Shown here in pieces: positions 26,837 through 41,187 of a stretch of 64,000 nt of DNA (the first letter of the stretch is position 1; every line of letters starts with the position of its first letter). The stretch comes from Octopus vulgaris (Eukaryota), in NCBI GenBank assembly GCA_951406725.2, contig OX597831.1:37572001-37636000 (forward strand), in the 5' to 3' direction. The notes under the pieces are model-generated. The model was not told where the DNA came from. It worked only from the letters and a program-made list of their open reading frames with translations, and did no database searches. Both the position numbers and the translations under genes were made by a program.

Positions 26837-27098
26837 TATATGCATGTATATGATTGTATATATGATAAATATATATATATATATATATGATGTATATTTC
26901 TATACACGCATGTGTGTATATGTGTGAATATGAAGGCACTGAATTAAGTGATATAGAAGCAATTAATAAATGAAATAAGATGGATTTTGTAGGAATAGAG
27001 ATACGAATGTAAAAGACTGGAATGAGAAAATAGAGAAAAGGAGAGAGAAAGAAGGGGGATAGATAGATAGATAGATAGATAGAGACAGACAAAGAGAC

Positions 27099-27150
<52 letters not shown>

Positions 27151-27469
27151 GCGGGACAGATTTGATGTCTCTAGCAAGACAGTGAATTAGGTGTAAGCGA
27201 TTCTTGAGCTTGGTAGTATTATGATCAAATGTAACTTATTAATCAATGTGATTAGAATCGCCAATAACAATTCACTGATGTAATTGCGACCTCGAGGGCC
27301 ACGCAGCTGAAATGGAAAAGCAAAAAACACAAAAGCAGAGACAAAAAGAAACTCCTTTGAACTACTTCAGGCACTGTCTGATACTGTTGCTACGGCACAT
27401 AATCATTGTATTAATGGCGCTATATTCTATTTATTTATTATTAGTTTGTTTTTTTTTAATGGCGGTTTT

Positions 27470-27596
27470 TGCGTTTGGTGGTGTTGAAGTTAGTGATACG
27501 GGTGGTGATGGTGATGGTGATGGTGTTGGTTATAGCAATGATGAAGGCGAGGAGGTTGATGATCTTTGTGGTGATGTTGGCGATGACGACGACGAC

Positions 27597-27630
<34 letters not shown>

Positions 27631-27987
27631 ATGATGGTGATCACGACGATGATGTTGACGATGATGATCATAATCATAAAGGTAATTATGAACGTGCTTT
27701 TTTATGATGATGATGATGATGACGATGACGATGACGATGATGATGATGTGGTGGTCGTGGCCTTGGTGATGGTGGTATTGGCGACTTTTTTGGTAATGAT
27801 TGCTTGCAGTACGGATGGCAAAGGCGGTGATGATGATGGTGATAATAATGCTGATGGTGGCGTTATTGTTGTTGTTGTTGTTGATGATGATGATAATGAT
27901 ATTGGTGGTGGTGGTGATGGTTGTGGTGTTCATGATGATGACAATAATGATGATGATTAGGATGATGATGATGAAGGTGATGTTGAA

Positions 27988-28024
<37 letters not shown>

Positions 28025-28160
28025 GTTATGACGATGACAATGACGGTGTTGATTGTGATGATGTGCTGATGAGGAAGAGCATACTCGTGTCAGTAACACA
28101 CCAGCGATTCTGCTGAAGACGATGCTACTGATGGCATTTGTGATGGTAATGGTTGTGACA
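27470..28160. repeat. Degenerate (GAT/GGT/GTT/GAC)n array
   Basis: Direct reading. Confidence 0.95.
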
Positions 28161-28497
28161 GCGATTCCTCTGAGACAGAATCAATACCAAGTCATCTAAA
28201 GTGCACAAAAATATATTTAAAAATTTTAAAAAATGTAACAACAGCAACAACCTCAATATCAACAACAATATACACAACAACTATAAAATAACTGATGTTA
28301 ATTTTAAAAGACTACAAAATTCACAAAAAATGTAATCACATGTAATCTGACAATTTATGACACCCCAATTGATTGCTGATTAGTTAGACATATAATCAAA
28401 TGCATTCCAACCATGACCATTCCACATTTTGCAACGTATGTAGCAATACTCAATTCAGAGTACCATTTTTTTTTTTCATATGACATTACAGATTTCC

Positions 28498-28825
28498 TTC
28501 CGTCATGAATGAATCATGGCATTGCTCCAAGAATGTTCCTCCCCGAGACACAATCCGGGCAACGTCCTATTATGGGAGACCAGCAATCGCCCATACATAC
28601 CAGCCTCCCTATCTACTCCACCGATGTCATCAGAGGGAAAAACAACGGCTGATAAAGCTTGGCACTGGTGATGTTGCAACTCATTTCTACAGGTGAGTGA
28701 AGTGGAGCACGCGTGAAATGATGAGTCTTGGTCAAGAACAGAATATACAGCATGGTCCGGGAATCGAACTCACTATTTCATGATTGTGAGCCCGAAGTTC
28801 TAAACGCCGAGCCATGAACCATTAC
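28498..28825 (-). mobile_element. SINE with family C-like head/CORE-like segment and a different tail
   Basis: rc gtgagttcgattcccgg B box, ttcttgaccaagactc..atttcac, aaatgagttg, then an unrelated tail. Confidence 0.7.
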
Positions 28826-29230
28826 CCATATGACGTTAGTGTCTAAATAAAAAATATCTTGAGCTGGTATACTTCGCGACTTGAAACAGTGTATTGACGC
28901 TCACTCCTCATTCTACGATATATATTAACGATGGCAGAATCGGTTGTGATTTCTCTTGTTGCTCTTCTTGCTGTGTCGCTTTCGTCGCCGTTGTTCATAC
29001 GATAGCTGGTGTTGTTGTTGTTGTTGCTACTGCTACTACTACTGCTACTCTTTGATGTAATTTTACGGTAGCAGCAAAACATCTATAAATATGCAGAACG
29101 CGCCAACAAAATTGAAGACGAAGCATTAAATGTAATATCGAGAATTCTTGACGGATCTTTCTATTATACATGAAAACCGAGTAGCTCCTTAGAAGAAACT
29201 ACTATGTATTTCTTCATTCTGCTGAACATC

Positions 29231-29399
29231 GCGAAGAAGCGGCTGTGTGGTAAGTAGTTCTGGGTTGAGTGGTTCTAGGGTCAGTCCCACTGCGTGGAAC
29301 CTTGGGCAAGTGTCTTCTACTATAGCCTCGGACCGACCAAAACCTTGTGAGTGGATTTGGTAGACGGAAGCGGAAAGAAACCCGTCGTATAAATGTGTT

Positions 29400-29468
<69 letters not shown>

Positions 29469-29675
29469 TTGTGTGTCTGTGTTTGTCCCCCAACATCGCT
29501 TGACAACCGATGCTGGTGTGTTTACGTCCCCGTAACTTAGCGGATGGCAAAAAGAGAACGATAGAATAAGTACTAGGCTTACAAAGAATAAATCCTTGGT
29601 CGATTTGCGCGACTAAAGGTGGTGCTCCAGCATGGCCACAGTCAAATTACGGAAACTATTAAAAGATTAAAAGAT
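29231..29675 (+). mobile_element. SINE family A
   Basis: Near full length with internal (TA)n(TG)n. Confidence 0.92.
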
Positions 29676-29687
29676 TTATCGCAGTAG

Positions 29688-30008
29688 AAGGTGCGTGGCT
29701 TAGTGGTTAGAAGGTGCGTGGCTTAGTGGTTAGTGTGAGTTCGATTCCCGCGGCGGTGCGTTGCGTCCTCCAGAAAAACATTTCATTTCGCTTTACTCTT
29801 CTCCGCTCAGTTTGAATATGTGTTGCAAATGTTATTCAAAAGGGCAAGCCTTTACACATTCTGTGCCATGCTGAATATCCTTGAGAAGGACGTGAATGGT
29901 ACGCATGTTTGTGGAGTGCTCAGCCACTTGCGCGTTAATTTGACGAGCGGGGTGTTCCATTGATCGGAGCAGCTAGAACCTTCTGTGTTGTAACCGAACG
30001 AGTGCCAG
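29688..30008 (+). mobile_element. SINE family C with duplicated 23-bp head
   Basis: (agaaggtgcgtggcttagtggtt)2, gagttcgattccc B box. Confidence 0.85.
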
Positions 30009-30512
30009 TTAAACATCACAGCCAAATATATATTCATTTCGCACTTTCAACACCAAACATTTAGGAAAACAAACAAACACAGTGACTGGAAAATATATCT
30101 GAAAAAAAACAAAAAAACAAGATCGGCACGACTGGAGCGCTTTTAGTAGCATGTCTTTTGGAACCAGACTGATTGAATTGAAACAACAAGAACAACGATG
30201 ACGTCGGTTATGAGAACAAGAAAAATAGCAACAGTAATGAGAACAGCAACAATATACATTCATAAAGCAAAAATAAGTTGGAAACATTAAAAAATCTAAT
30301 TTTACAGTCAATTTACAGATAGCCATTTTCTTTAAAAAAAATAATTACTGTCTTAAAAATATCTTTAATGGACTCTAGTAAACAAATTAAATATTGGGAC
30401 TTTTTTCATTTTTATTTTTTAAGAGAGGAAAGAAACACAAATAAATGCAAACACAACAGGAACAACAACAAAACATATTCCAAATTAAGCTTCCTAACTA
30501 AATATACCAGCA

Positions 30513-30543
<31 letters not shown>

Positions 30544-30552
30544 TTCTATTAT

Positions 30553-30708
30553 AGATACAGGGCCTGAAATTTTCAGGGTGGGGGCGAGTCGATACCATCG
30601 TCTCCAGCACTAGGCTCTTATTTTATTGACCCCTGAAAAGATTAAAGGCAAAGTCGACCTCGGCGGAATTTGAACTCAGAGCATAAAGACAGACGAAATA
30701 CCGATAAG
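30553..30708 (-). mobile_element. SINE family B fragment
   Basis: aaggcaaagtcgacctcggcggaatttgaactcag. Confidence 0.85.
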
Positions 30709-30875
30709 TTGCAATCAGAGCATTTAGGTTTAAACCCTGAAAAATCTCGTACCATCTGAAATGATTGGTCATTCAAATTGATATGTGATGCGCCCTAAAC
30801 TTTACTTCTTAGACAAGTTTTTTTCTCTTAGAAAAGTGGTTTGTTTTCTAATCCCGGTTGTTAAAACTTCAGAGC

Positions 30876-31034
30876 TTTAATGGTAAAAATTTCAATTCCT
30901 TGGATGACGTAAAAAGATACTTTGATGAATTGTTTGCCATGAAACCACCGTAATTCTGGGAAGAGGGTATTTTCAAGTTAAAGGAAAGATGGAGACGCAT
31001 TGTGCAACAAAATGGTTCATATTTGGTTGATTAA
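30876..31034 (+). pseudogene. Mariner transposase C-terminal fragment
   Basis: Translates FNGKNFNSLDDVKRYFDELFAMKPP*FWEEGIFKLKERWRRIVQQNGSYLVD*, the characteristic mariner C-terminus. Confidence 0.85.
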
Positions 31035-31069
31035 AATGTAATGGCAAGTACTTTTACTAATATTATTAT

Positions 31070-31535
31070 TATTATTTACTTTCAATCTTCAAGTTCGATA
31101 CAATCACATGCCAAGGGCGAGTGAACGATAAGAGATGTTACAGTATGACTGAAGGTTTTGGGAGAGGAAGTGACAGGGGCAGTGGCGAAATATCTTCATC
31201 TAATACAACACAGACATTTAAATGGATAGGGTTTTTTCTAAGGATGTTGGCAGTACTTGTCAGCACAATCTTTTGGATTTCTCTGAGACATAGTTCTTCT
31301 GGTATATTATCTAGATGTTTCTGACATCCCTTTCTTATCATACCTCGGCCATCGACAATAACAGAAACAGTTCTTGCTTTAAGATGCTACGTCTTTTGCA
31401 TTTCAATTTCCAGGTCCTTATATTTACTTAATGTGTCGAATTCTTTTACAGATATATTTGCATCCGTGGGAACACTTACATCTATTAGTCTACAAGTATT
31501 TTCTTCCCTGTCTTTAATGACTATGTCTGGTCGAT
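31070..31535 (-). mobile_element. R4/Dong-like non-LTR retrotransposon 3' fragment (restriction-like endonuclease)
   Basis: NNRPDIVIKDREENTCRLIDVSVP...KYKDLEIEMQK*...IQKIVLTSTANILRK (PD..D RLE motif); (TAA)n at both ends. Confidence 0.85.
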
Positions 31536-31542
31536 TATTATT

Positions 31543-32095
31543 ACTGAGTGAGAGAGCAGCATGCCCAACGAAAGTGATACTGGAGTACAAATATATGAAA
31601 CTCAGTATACTCATATATGATTACCTGCCTCATAACGGTATATTGGGCATATGTGTCACAAACATATGTGTGCGACATGGTGACCTCATATAGAAATGAG
31701 GAGTGAATGATCTTGCAGGTTGGGCCTAGTTAGAGACATCTTCAGGTCAAGTAGCCCATCCCGCTATAAAGATCCCCGAATAAATGCTTTATAAAGAAGA
31801 TAAAGGAAACACTTGTTATTCCAGTGGTGAATTATTCAAAGCCCAAGGAATTCATCTCAATACATGGTTTTGATGCTACCCTTGCTCATGATTAGAGATG
31901 CAATATCGTCAGCAACTAAGGGACATGATCAACTGATTAAGGCCAAACTACTGAAAAGCAAATCTTTGGTATTGTGCAGCATATTTGCAAGAGCACATAT
32001 TTTTTCGACAAGAGAAAACATGTACATGAGAAAGCTTCTAATCACTCAAGAGCAGAAGTCATGAGATCCACTGCCTGGTACTGCACGAGGCCATT
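31543..32095 (-). mobile_element. Non-coding (TAA)n-tailed element, family E copy 1
   Basis: Aligns with 32167-32645; ends ctctctcactca then a short TAA run. Confidence 0.75.
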
Positions 32096-32129
32096 ATCAT
32101 CATCATCATCATCATCATCATCATTATTA

Positions 32130-32166
<37 letters not shown>

Positions 32167-32167
<1 letters not shown>

Positions 32168-32645
32168 GAGTGAGAGAGCAGTGCATGCCATCAAAGTGAC
32201 ACTGGGGTGAAATATACGAAGCGCAGTATACATATCATGGCTATCCATCTGATAAGGATACACCAGGCACATACATCATAACCATATGTGTGCGACATGG
32301 TGATCTCACATCAAGATAAACAGCGCATGACCTTGCAGGTGGGGCCCAGTTAGAATTTTCTTCTGGTCGAGTAACCCATGCCACTCAAAAGGTCCTTGAA
32401 TAAGGATTGTTTCAGATTGTTGAACGAACCACCCATGTTTCCAAAGGTGAAATATCCAAACCTCCAAGAATTCAGTCTAACACATGGCTATGATGCCCCC
32501 CCCCCCACTACTTCTGCTCGTGGTCAGAGATGCACATATCGTCAGCCACTATGGGACATGCTCAACTGGTTATGGTCAAACAACTGAGAAGCAAATTTGT
32601 GTTATTGATGAGAATATTTGGTGTAGCCCATTTTTTTATAAGCAA
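32167..32645 (-). mobile_element. Non-coding (TAA)n-tailed element, family E copy 2
   Basis: Head-to-tail with copy 1, separated by a (TAA)n/(TGA)n array. Confidence 0.75.
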
Positions 32646-32647
32646 AA

Positions 32648-32712
<65 letters not shown>

Positions 32713-32725
32713 TCATTATTATTAT

Positions 32726-33063
32726 TGCCGTTGCACAGCTTGTAACACTGGAGATGTACTGCCGTGTCAGCTGATGACTACCAGTGAACTAAGGTAACAC
32801 TTCTTATTTTTCTAGCACCTTCCGGAGTATTCGAGCGGTTCCAAGCAGTGCTGTTTTCTTCAAATATTCCACCATTATTGCAACCCCTATTTGCTCCATG
32901 TACGTCTCGAGATTTTTACTCACTGTCCCCGGGCTCCGACAGTTATCGGTACCACTACCACGTTTTTCATTGACCACAACTGCTTTACCTCCCAAGCTAA
33001 CCTATCATACCTATCGACATTTCTCTCTTCCTTATCGCATACCTTGCTGTCAGCTGGGCATGC
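32726..33063 (-). mobile_element. Second R4/Dong/Rex6-like LINE 3' fragment
   Basis: GTVSKNLETYMEQIG...LKKTALLGTARILRKVL C-terminal motif; embedded between (TAA)n arrays. Confidence 0.85.
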
Positions 33064-33151
<88 letters not shown>

Positions 33152-33152
33152 T

Positions 33153-33317
33153 TAGCAGAATTCTAAGCAGGTCAAGCAAAATGCACAGCGGGATTTCGCC
33201 CGTCGCTACGTTCTGAGTTCAAATTCCGCTGAGGTCGATTTTGCCTTTCATCCTTCCGGGTAGATAAATTAAGTACCAGCGAAACACTGGCGTAATCGAC
33301 TAGTCCCCTCCCACCAA

Positions 33318-33320
<3 letters not shown>
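33153..33320 (+). mobile_element. SINE family B
   Basis: gttctgagttcaaattccgctgaggtcgattttgcctttcatcc. Confidence 0.8.
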
Positions 33321-33378
<58 letters not shown>

Positions 33379-33474
33379 GGTGTTGTTGTTGTTGTTGTCG
33401 TCGTCGTCGGTACACTCGTGACAATGTTGTTCACATTGACGATGGTTTTGCGGAAAATGAAGATGATGATGATC

Positions 33475-33507
<33 letters not shown>

Positions 33508-34777
33508 TTAATGGTCAGCATGAGAATATTGATGTTCATATTTATAAAGAGGTCGAAAATAACAACACAAACAGTCAAGTGATATTAATAGTCGTAATAA
33601 TAGCAGTTCATAAACATTTAATATTACTACAAATAATAAAGAATTCAAAACTACAAAATAACAAAAAGTCCAAACATATCCAACAAAAATTAAGAAAATA
33701 ATGTATTAAAAAAATCCATTATTAAAAGTTTAATTACTTCAACTTAGATAATTATTTTTCCTAAAACTATTTTACTGATCGAAAAACTAAATCGTAAACG
33801 AAGCCAAAAAGCTTAAAAAATACTGCTTATTTAAAAAAAAAAAGGATGTAAAAATCAATATATTTCGTCAAAATACGAATTGAGAATCTTTAAATAAAGT
33901 TAGATTTTACTTCATTTTGTTGATAAATCATTCTATTTTGATATCAACACAAATTACTATTTCTAATTGGGATCAAACTTGTGGCTTCTGGCTAACCATA
34001 TGTCCATGACACTCAACTGCAGTTATTTACGTCGTAAAGAAATGAAAACTATAAACGAAATATAATTATATAAGTAAAATGAGTAGCCACAGAAATACAC
34101 AAACACAAACACCACAAAAATATTGACTTAAAGACATACACACGCCTTTCTCCCCAAGGCTTATCCAATCAGATTTTACTGATCTCTTTGTTGGTGTAAC
34201 AGCTATCGTTGTTGATTTTGTGTAGCGGTAAATCAAACTTGGTCAAGCAAAACGAACATTTAAGTGTGTTGAATCCTTGACTATCACGTTTGTCTTTGCA
34301 TAATAAATGCAAACTTGGTATGGAGTGATATATATATATGTAAGATATCTACGCTGATGATATTTAGTATGTCCTCCTATTTGTAAGATGTTTTGTGTGA
34401 TTTGAGAGAAATACCGTTGCCATGCCAAGCAACATTAGCAACTACGCATACTCTCCTATTTCAATTCAGTGTTGATATTCTCCTTGTTGCTCATATTATT
34501 GTTGTTGTTTGTTGTATTTAAATCTAGGCATGAAGGTGTTGTTGTAATCATTATTAATGCTGTTGTTATTGCTTCATTCCTGGAAACTTTGATTAAATCT
34601 ATTTACAGTGTTGAGTAGCTTCATACGTAATAATTAAGCTTAATTAGAATGAAGCAAAGTAGATCGCTGGACGTGTGTCCAACCGGTTCTACATAGGCCT
34701 CCAACAATTTATACTACGTTATTCAATGTAGATATTCATACAGCCATCTACTATACAGGACCCATAAGTTTTTGAAG

Positions 34778-34778
34778 A

Positions 34779-34851
<73 letters not shown>

Positions 34852-34864
34852 GTTTGTCTGTCTG

Positions 34865-34936
<72 letters not shown>

Positions 34937-35198
34937 CCGTATATCATGATACTGTGATACACGATCCCTATTGATCGTTTTTTTTCCTCTTCCCCTTTTT
35001 CCCTCTTTTTTCTACTTTTTTCTTTTTTCTTTTCTTTTCTTTTATTTCTTTTCTTTTTTTTCTTTTTTTCTTTTTTCCCTTTTACGATCCCTTTTGATCG
35101 AAAAACCATGCCACTTTTTTTTCTCATCTCCCAAAAGAAAAGCTCTACAGAGTAATTTGTCCCATCTGTGTGCAGCCCTGTGTGGCCAATAAAGAAAC

Positions 35199-35278
<80 letters not shown>

Positions 35279-35462
35279 ATATCTATCTATCTATCTATAT
35301 ATATATATTATATTATATCATATTATATTATATTATATTATATTGTATTATATTATATTATATTATATTATATCATATTATATTAAGGGCATTATTACAC
35401 GTAAATGCCTTACGCTATTTCATATATATGTATATATATAAACATATACATATTGCAGATAA

Positions 35463-35507
<45 letters not shown>

Positions 35508-35700
35508 CATATAGCCAGGGAGGTAGGTAGGCAGGTAGGTAGGTAGGTAGGCAGGCAGGTACGTAGGTAGGTAGGTAGGCAGGCAGACAGGTAGGTAGGT
35601 AAGTAGGTAGGTAGGCAGACAGACAGACACACAGGTGGTATGTTGGTAGGTAGGCGGGTGGGTAGGTATATAGATAGATGATGGATGGATAGATAGATAC
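34778..35700. repeat. Compound (TCTA)n, T-rich, (TATAT)n, (TAGA)n and (GGTA/GGCA)n arrays
   Basis: Direct reading. Confidence 0.9.
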
Positions 35701-36162
35701 GACGTATATCTTGCTTATGCTAATTGCTTCAGGTGCCTGAGTAGCCGGGAGCATAGATGCTATATCCGTCCATTCAAGTTGATTCGATAGTACAACTTGG
35801 CTTTGACATAGTACGAGAAAAGTAGCAGCACCAGCATGAGTCTGATACTAATCTTCCGCAGAACCGAACAACTTTATATGAAGCACCCGGTCCGTGAATT
35901 GTGTCAATGATTCTCCAATCGTAAAACGAATACCTTCATCATTAGGTTATATTCCTCAACACTGAAGATTCAGTTAACTTGTTTTGAATTTGCAGGTGAA
36001 AGCAACAACCTTCAGATCGTGAAAAAAAAAAGTCATCTCCGCCACTATCATTTGGGCATTCACAATGTAGACACAGAGAAGAAGTAATGAATAAACAATC
36101 CAATCGGTTAAAACAACATTCCCAAATTATCAAAAATATAAATTATCAAATTATAAATATAT

Positions 36163-36546
36163 TCTCTTTTTTTTTCTTTTTACTTGTTTCAGTCATTTGA
36201 CTGCGGCCATGCTGGAGCACCACGTTTAGTCGAGCTAATCGACCTCAGGACTTATTTTTTTGTAAGTCTAGTACTTATTCTATCGGTCTCCTTTGCCGAA
36301 CCGCTAAGTTACGGACTAAACACACCAGCATCGGTTGTCAAGCGATGTTGGGGGGACAAACACAGACACACAAACATATACACAGACATACATATAAATA
36401 TATACATATATACGACAGGCTTCTTTCAGTTTCCGTCTACGAAATCCACTCACAAGGGTTTAGTCAGCCCGAGGCTATAGTAAATGACACTTGCCCAAGA
36501 TGCCACGCAGTGGGGATGAACCCGGAACCACGTGGTTGGTAACCAA
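36163..36546 (-). mobile_element. SINE family A, 5'-truncated
   Basis: Matches family A from the tRNA-like region to the tail. Confidence 0.9.
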
Positions 36547-36549
36547 CAG

Positions 36550-37735
36550 TATAAAATATACACATACAAACGAATGAAAGGTGACAAAACCTAAAAGAGT
36601 AATACGAGTGAAGTTGAATGAAGAAAAGTATATATGGAATAAATATATAAATATATAAGGGTGTATTTATGAAGATTAGAGGGGAAAGGTGTGTGGTGAG
36701 GTTCTAATTATTTGTATTTTGAGAAAAGATTTAGTGACCGATGTTTACAGTTGAATATCATACTGCTGCGTTCATTAAGACAATCCGTGGATTGTAGAAT
36801 AGCCAAGACCTCGGCTATACAGTGACCACACTTGTTATTATAGCTGCTGTAAGGTTTGGCGTGGGTGACTATGCACCACTTGAGAGTGTAAAGAGTTGAA
36901 TCAAGCGTTAGTTTAATGATCAGTTGAGATAACGAAGAACTGTTGGATTTTGTTTGGGATTTGAAACTGGAGTAGTGGTTGTTCACTCCAGCTTTGATGG
37001 TGGTACTACATGAGCCGATATAAACGTAGTTACAGTTGGTAGTTGATGCTGTGCAATTTGTGAGTTAGTGCTTATCTGAAGGACAGGAGACTGAGCGTCT
37101 GAAATTACATAGGTTAGTACAGGATGTTACTGTTGATATTGTTAAAGGATTGATATTTAATGAGGAGTCGTTGTTAGCTTAGTTCTTATTACTGGTGTTA
37201 AGATTAGTATTTGCTAAGGAGTTGAGGGTGTGTTGTGGAGTTGTATATTGTGATAGTTATTATGGCCTCTTTGTTCTCTATTTTCCCAGAGAGTATAGTT
37301 GGGCATTGTAGCAAATTTAAGGATCTGGTGTTAGCAGTGAAATTATAGTTGGAGTTATGAGGATTGGTGTTGCTAAGGGGGTCAACTGGTGTTTTGGTTT
37401 TATACGTATGGAGCTGAGAGTAATATTGAGTTAATTTATTATGTTGGATGTTATCTAGTTTGGGATTTCTGAGTATCTTGTTGATAAGATGTCGGACAAC
37501 TCCGGCAATGTTGGAGGTGGTGGAGGAGGCCGAAGGTTGAATTGTTTTTCTAAGGGATCTGGATTTAGGGAAATGTTTTTCGAGTAGAGCGAAGAAGAGT
37601 TTCGGTACTCGAGTTTGAACAATTTAAGTGCGAAGGGTCGGTGGAACCTGATAACATCTCAGGTTCTTGTTCATTAAATCCGATTCAGTGTGCTAACTGG
37701 GTAAAGATAGGATTTTGGAGGTGCATGCTGGTGTT
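36550..37735 (-). mobile_element. Penelope-like retroelement (Neptune-type) 3' fossil
   Basis: rc translates, with disruptions, WFHRPF..KLFFALLEKHFPKS..., CNFRRSVSCP, YVYIGSCSTTIKAGVNNHYSSF...LKWCIVTHAKPY...CGHCIAEVLAIL...LNERSSMIFNCKH; matches Neptune thumb, Cys linker and GIY-YIG motifs; 5' end abuts (TA)n. Confidence 0.85.
36708..37030 (-). pseudogene. GIY-YIG endonuclease domain of the Penelope-like element
   Basis: YIG motif and conserved CxxC...CxH C-terminal segment (ORF track 36708..36986 extended upstream). Confidence 0.85.
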
Positions 37736-37736
37736 T

Positions 37737-37787
<51 letters not shown>

Positions 37788-37809
37788 TATATGAACATAC
37801 ACATATATG

Positions 37810-38036
37810 TTCCTTTATTACCCACAAGGGGCTAAAGATAGAGGGGACAAGCAAGGACAGACAAACGGATTAAGTCGATTACATCGACCCCAGTTCGAAA
37901 CTGGTACTTTATTTATTGACCCCGAAACGATGAAAGAGAAAGTCGACCTCAGCGGGATTTGAACTCAGAACGTAACGGCAGACGAAATACGGCTACGCAT
38001 TTCGCCCGGCGTGCTAACGATTCTGCCAGCTCGCCG
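37810..38036 (-). mobile_element. SINE family B
   Basis: Full monomer match. Confidence 0.9.
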
Positions 38037-38046
38037 ACTTCACACA

Positions 38047-38150
<104 letters not shown>

Positions 38151-39299
38151 AAGAGAGAGGTATATATATGTGTGTGTGTGTGCATAGTAAGGTTAATATA
38201 ATGTTGGCATTTCGAGATCAAATCCCACGAACGTCGACTTTGCTTTCATCCTTTCGTGACTATCGAAATTGATTGAATAAGTACCCGTGGAACACTAGGA
38301 TCGATGTGGTCGACATGACCGCCATCCGTCTGCGAACTTGCTTTAAAATTTAAAATTTAAAATTTAAAATTTAAAACCTGTGTTAATATAATATAACGTA
38401 GTTCTCAGTATGTAATGATATGCAAGACGTAAATGGTGAATAAACAGTTTCTACGAATATTTAAGATAGACGCAAAACCGGTATATGAACAAACATCTGG
38501 CGTAGTAAAGTCTGTATCTTTTTGTTTGAAGCTATGTTGCTTAATATTTCGGTTTAGAGTTTAACTGCCACTCATAAAAAAACATTCGATTTAAGACATG
38601 TCTTCTGGCGGACTAATTTTTTCTTGTAATAAGGTGGAAAGCTGACAAAATTGCTAACAAGCTCTGTGTGTGTATGTGTGTGTACGTGTATGTGTGTGTG
38701 TGTGTGTATTTTTGTAAAGCAGGTGCTTTCATTCGGGAAGCATTTGATCCTTGTGGGTCGAATGAACTGGTCACATTTCTAAAAGTACACAAACTATTTT
38801 CAAATATTTCTTTATATACAATTTCTTTATATTATTCAATTGTAAAAATAAAGTATTTTTGTATATTTTAAACATCGAATGGCTAAAGATTCCATCCGAT
38901 TAAAATGTGATTTAAAAGGGGCCATTTGCAAAGAGTGATCGACAACAATATAAAGACAACAATATAAGACAATAATATAAAGATACAAATTTCGTATCAT
39001 TTCTATTAATTCTGTTCCTCAAGTATTTGTTTTGTTTCTCGTCTACAAAACTCTAACTCGAAATGTTAATTAGCATTCTGTTCCTTTTATAAGCAGATAC
39101 ATTTTACATTACACACTTGTTCAGATTCTTTGTTGCTTAGTTTCGTATCTCTTAGCTTTTTTCCACTTCAGGTTTTATTTGTCAAACTTGCTTTATAGGT
39201 GATTTGTTTTTCTTCTGATCACCTCATTAGCTTCATTATTTCACACCTGCCTTTTTGCAACAATCTCTATATCACACTGTTGTCTCTAGCTCTGTCTAG

Positions 39300-39810
<511 letters not shown>

Positions 39811-40338
39811 CTCAGCGAAAAATATGTCATGAAAAAATTACAGCAACAACGATGCTATCAACTGATATGAATTTTAATGTCCAAAATACAGAGAACGACA
39901 ATATTAACTTGATAAAAAAAAACAAAAAAAAAACAGTTTGAAAAGTTTTGTATTAATATATTCATACAAAACAACTACTTTGAAAAATATATATATATAA
40001 TATTTTATTCTGTTTTAGTTACTGGCTTGCTTTTGTTTAATTTTTGTGTGTCAAAATCCGGACAAGAGCAACGTTAAAAAAAAAATATCTGCTTGCTTCT
40101 GGCAACATATAGAAGTTTAATAATAATAATTTTTATTTACGTTTTGTTTTGTGCTTTTTTTTTTCTTTTTGCCATCCATATACCCGACATCTTCAAAAAA
40201 TATTTTGTATATGTCTTTTCTTCGTCTGTGTGTGTGTGTGTGTATGTGTGCATGAATGTGTGTGCACGCGGGCGCGCGTGTACTTTTCATTGTTTTGCAT
40301 CTATATTTGTCATATACAGAAATGGCTTATGGCCAAAT

Positions 40339-40399
<61 letters not shown>

Positions 40400-40634
40400 A
40401 CTACTCTATCTCGTCATACATTTAGAAGTATTTTTTTAAGCATAATGTAAAGTAATATTATAAATTTTGGTTGTCATTCTTCATTAATATTATAAAGTTA
40501 TACATTTTAGATTTTTCTCGTTTTTTTTGCTTTTTATTATTTACTTGCAATAAGATTTAGTATTATAATAAATATATAAAGGACACCTTCCAGTCATTCA
40601 CACACACACACACATGTATATACATACACGCGTA

Positions 40635-40920
<286 letters not shown>

Positions 40921-41187
40921 CACATATGTATATATGTTGTATGCATGTGTGTATGGGTGTCTGTGTGTATGTATGTGTGTGTTCTTGGACTTTAATACAT
41001 TTGTTAATGAAAATTTAGACATATGCCAATTTAACTTCGCGATAGAAGGTGTAGAATCAGTTATATAGTATGCAGTTCGCACGTTACTAAAAGAAAACCA
41101 TGTTCTGTGCTGAAGTACATTCTGTTAATCATTTATTCCATTACTGTAGGTTGTTGCAGTTTATTTGCCACAAGTAACCCTGATGCT

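Noticed and set aside
28064-28095. Other CTGATGA hits (23270, 28066, 32772, 34354)
   Set aside because: No downstream stem II plus GAAA; expected by chance in GAT-rich DNA
35733-35945. Exon-like segment bounded by AG and GT
   Set aside because: Stops in all three plus-strand frames
38342-38377. (TTTAAAA)5 heptamer and other tiny tandem duplications (3696, 6925, 26202, 38941)
   Set aside because: Ordinary slippage products with no further structure
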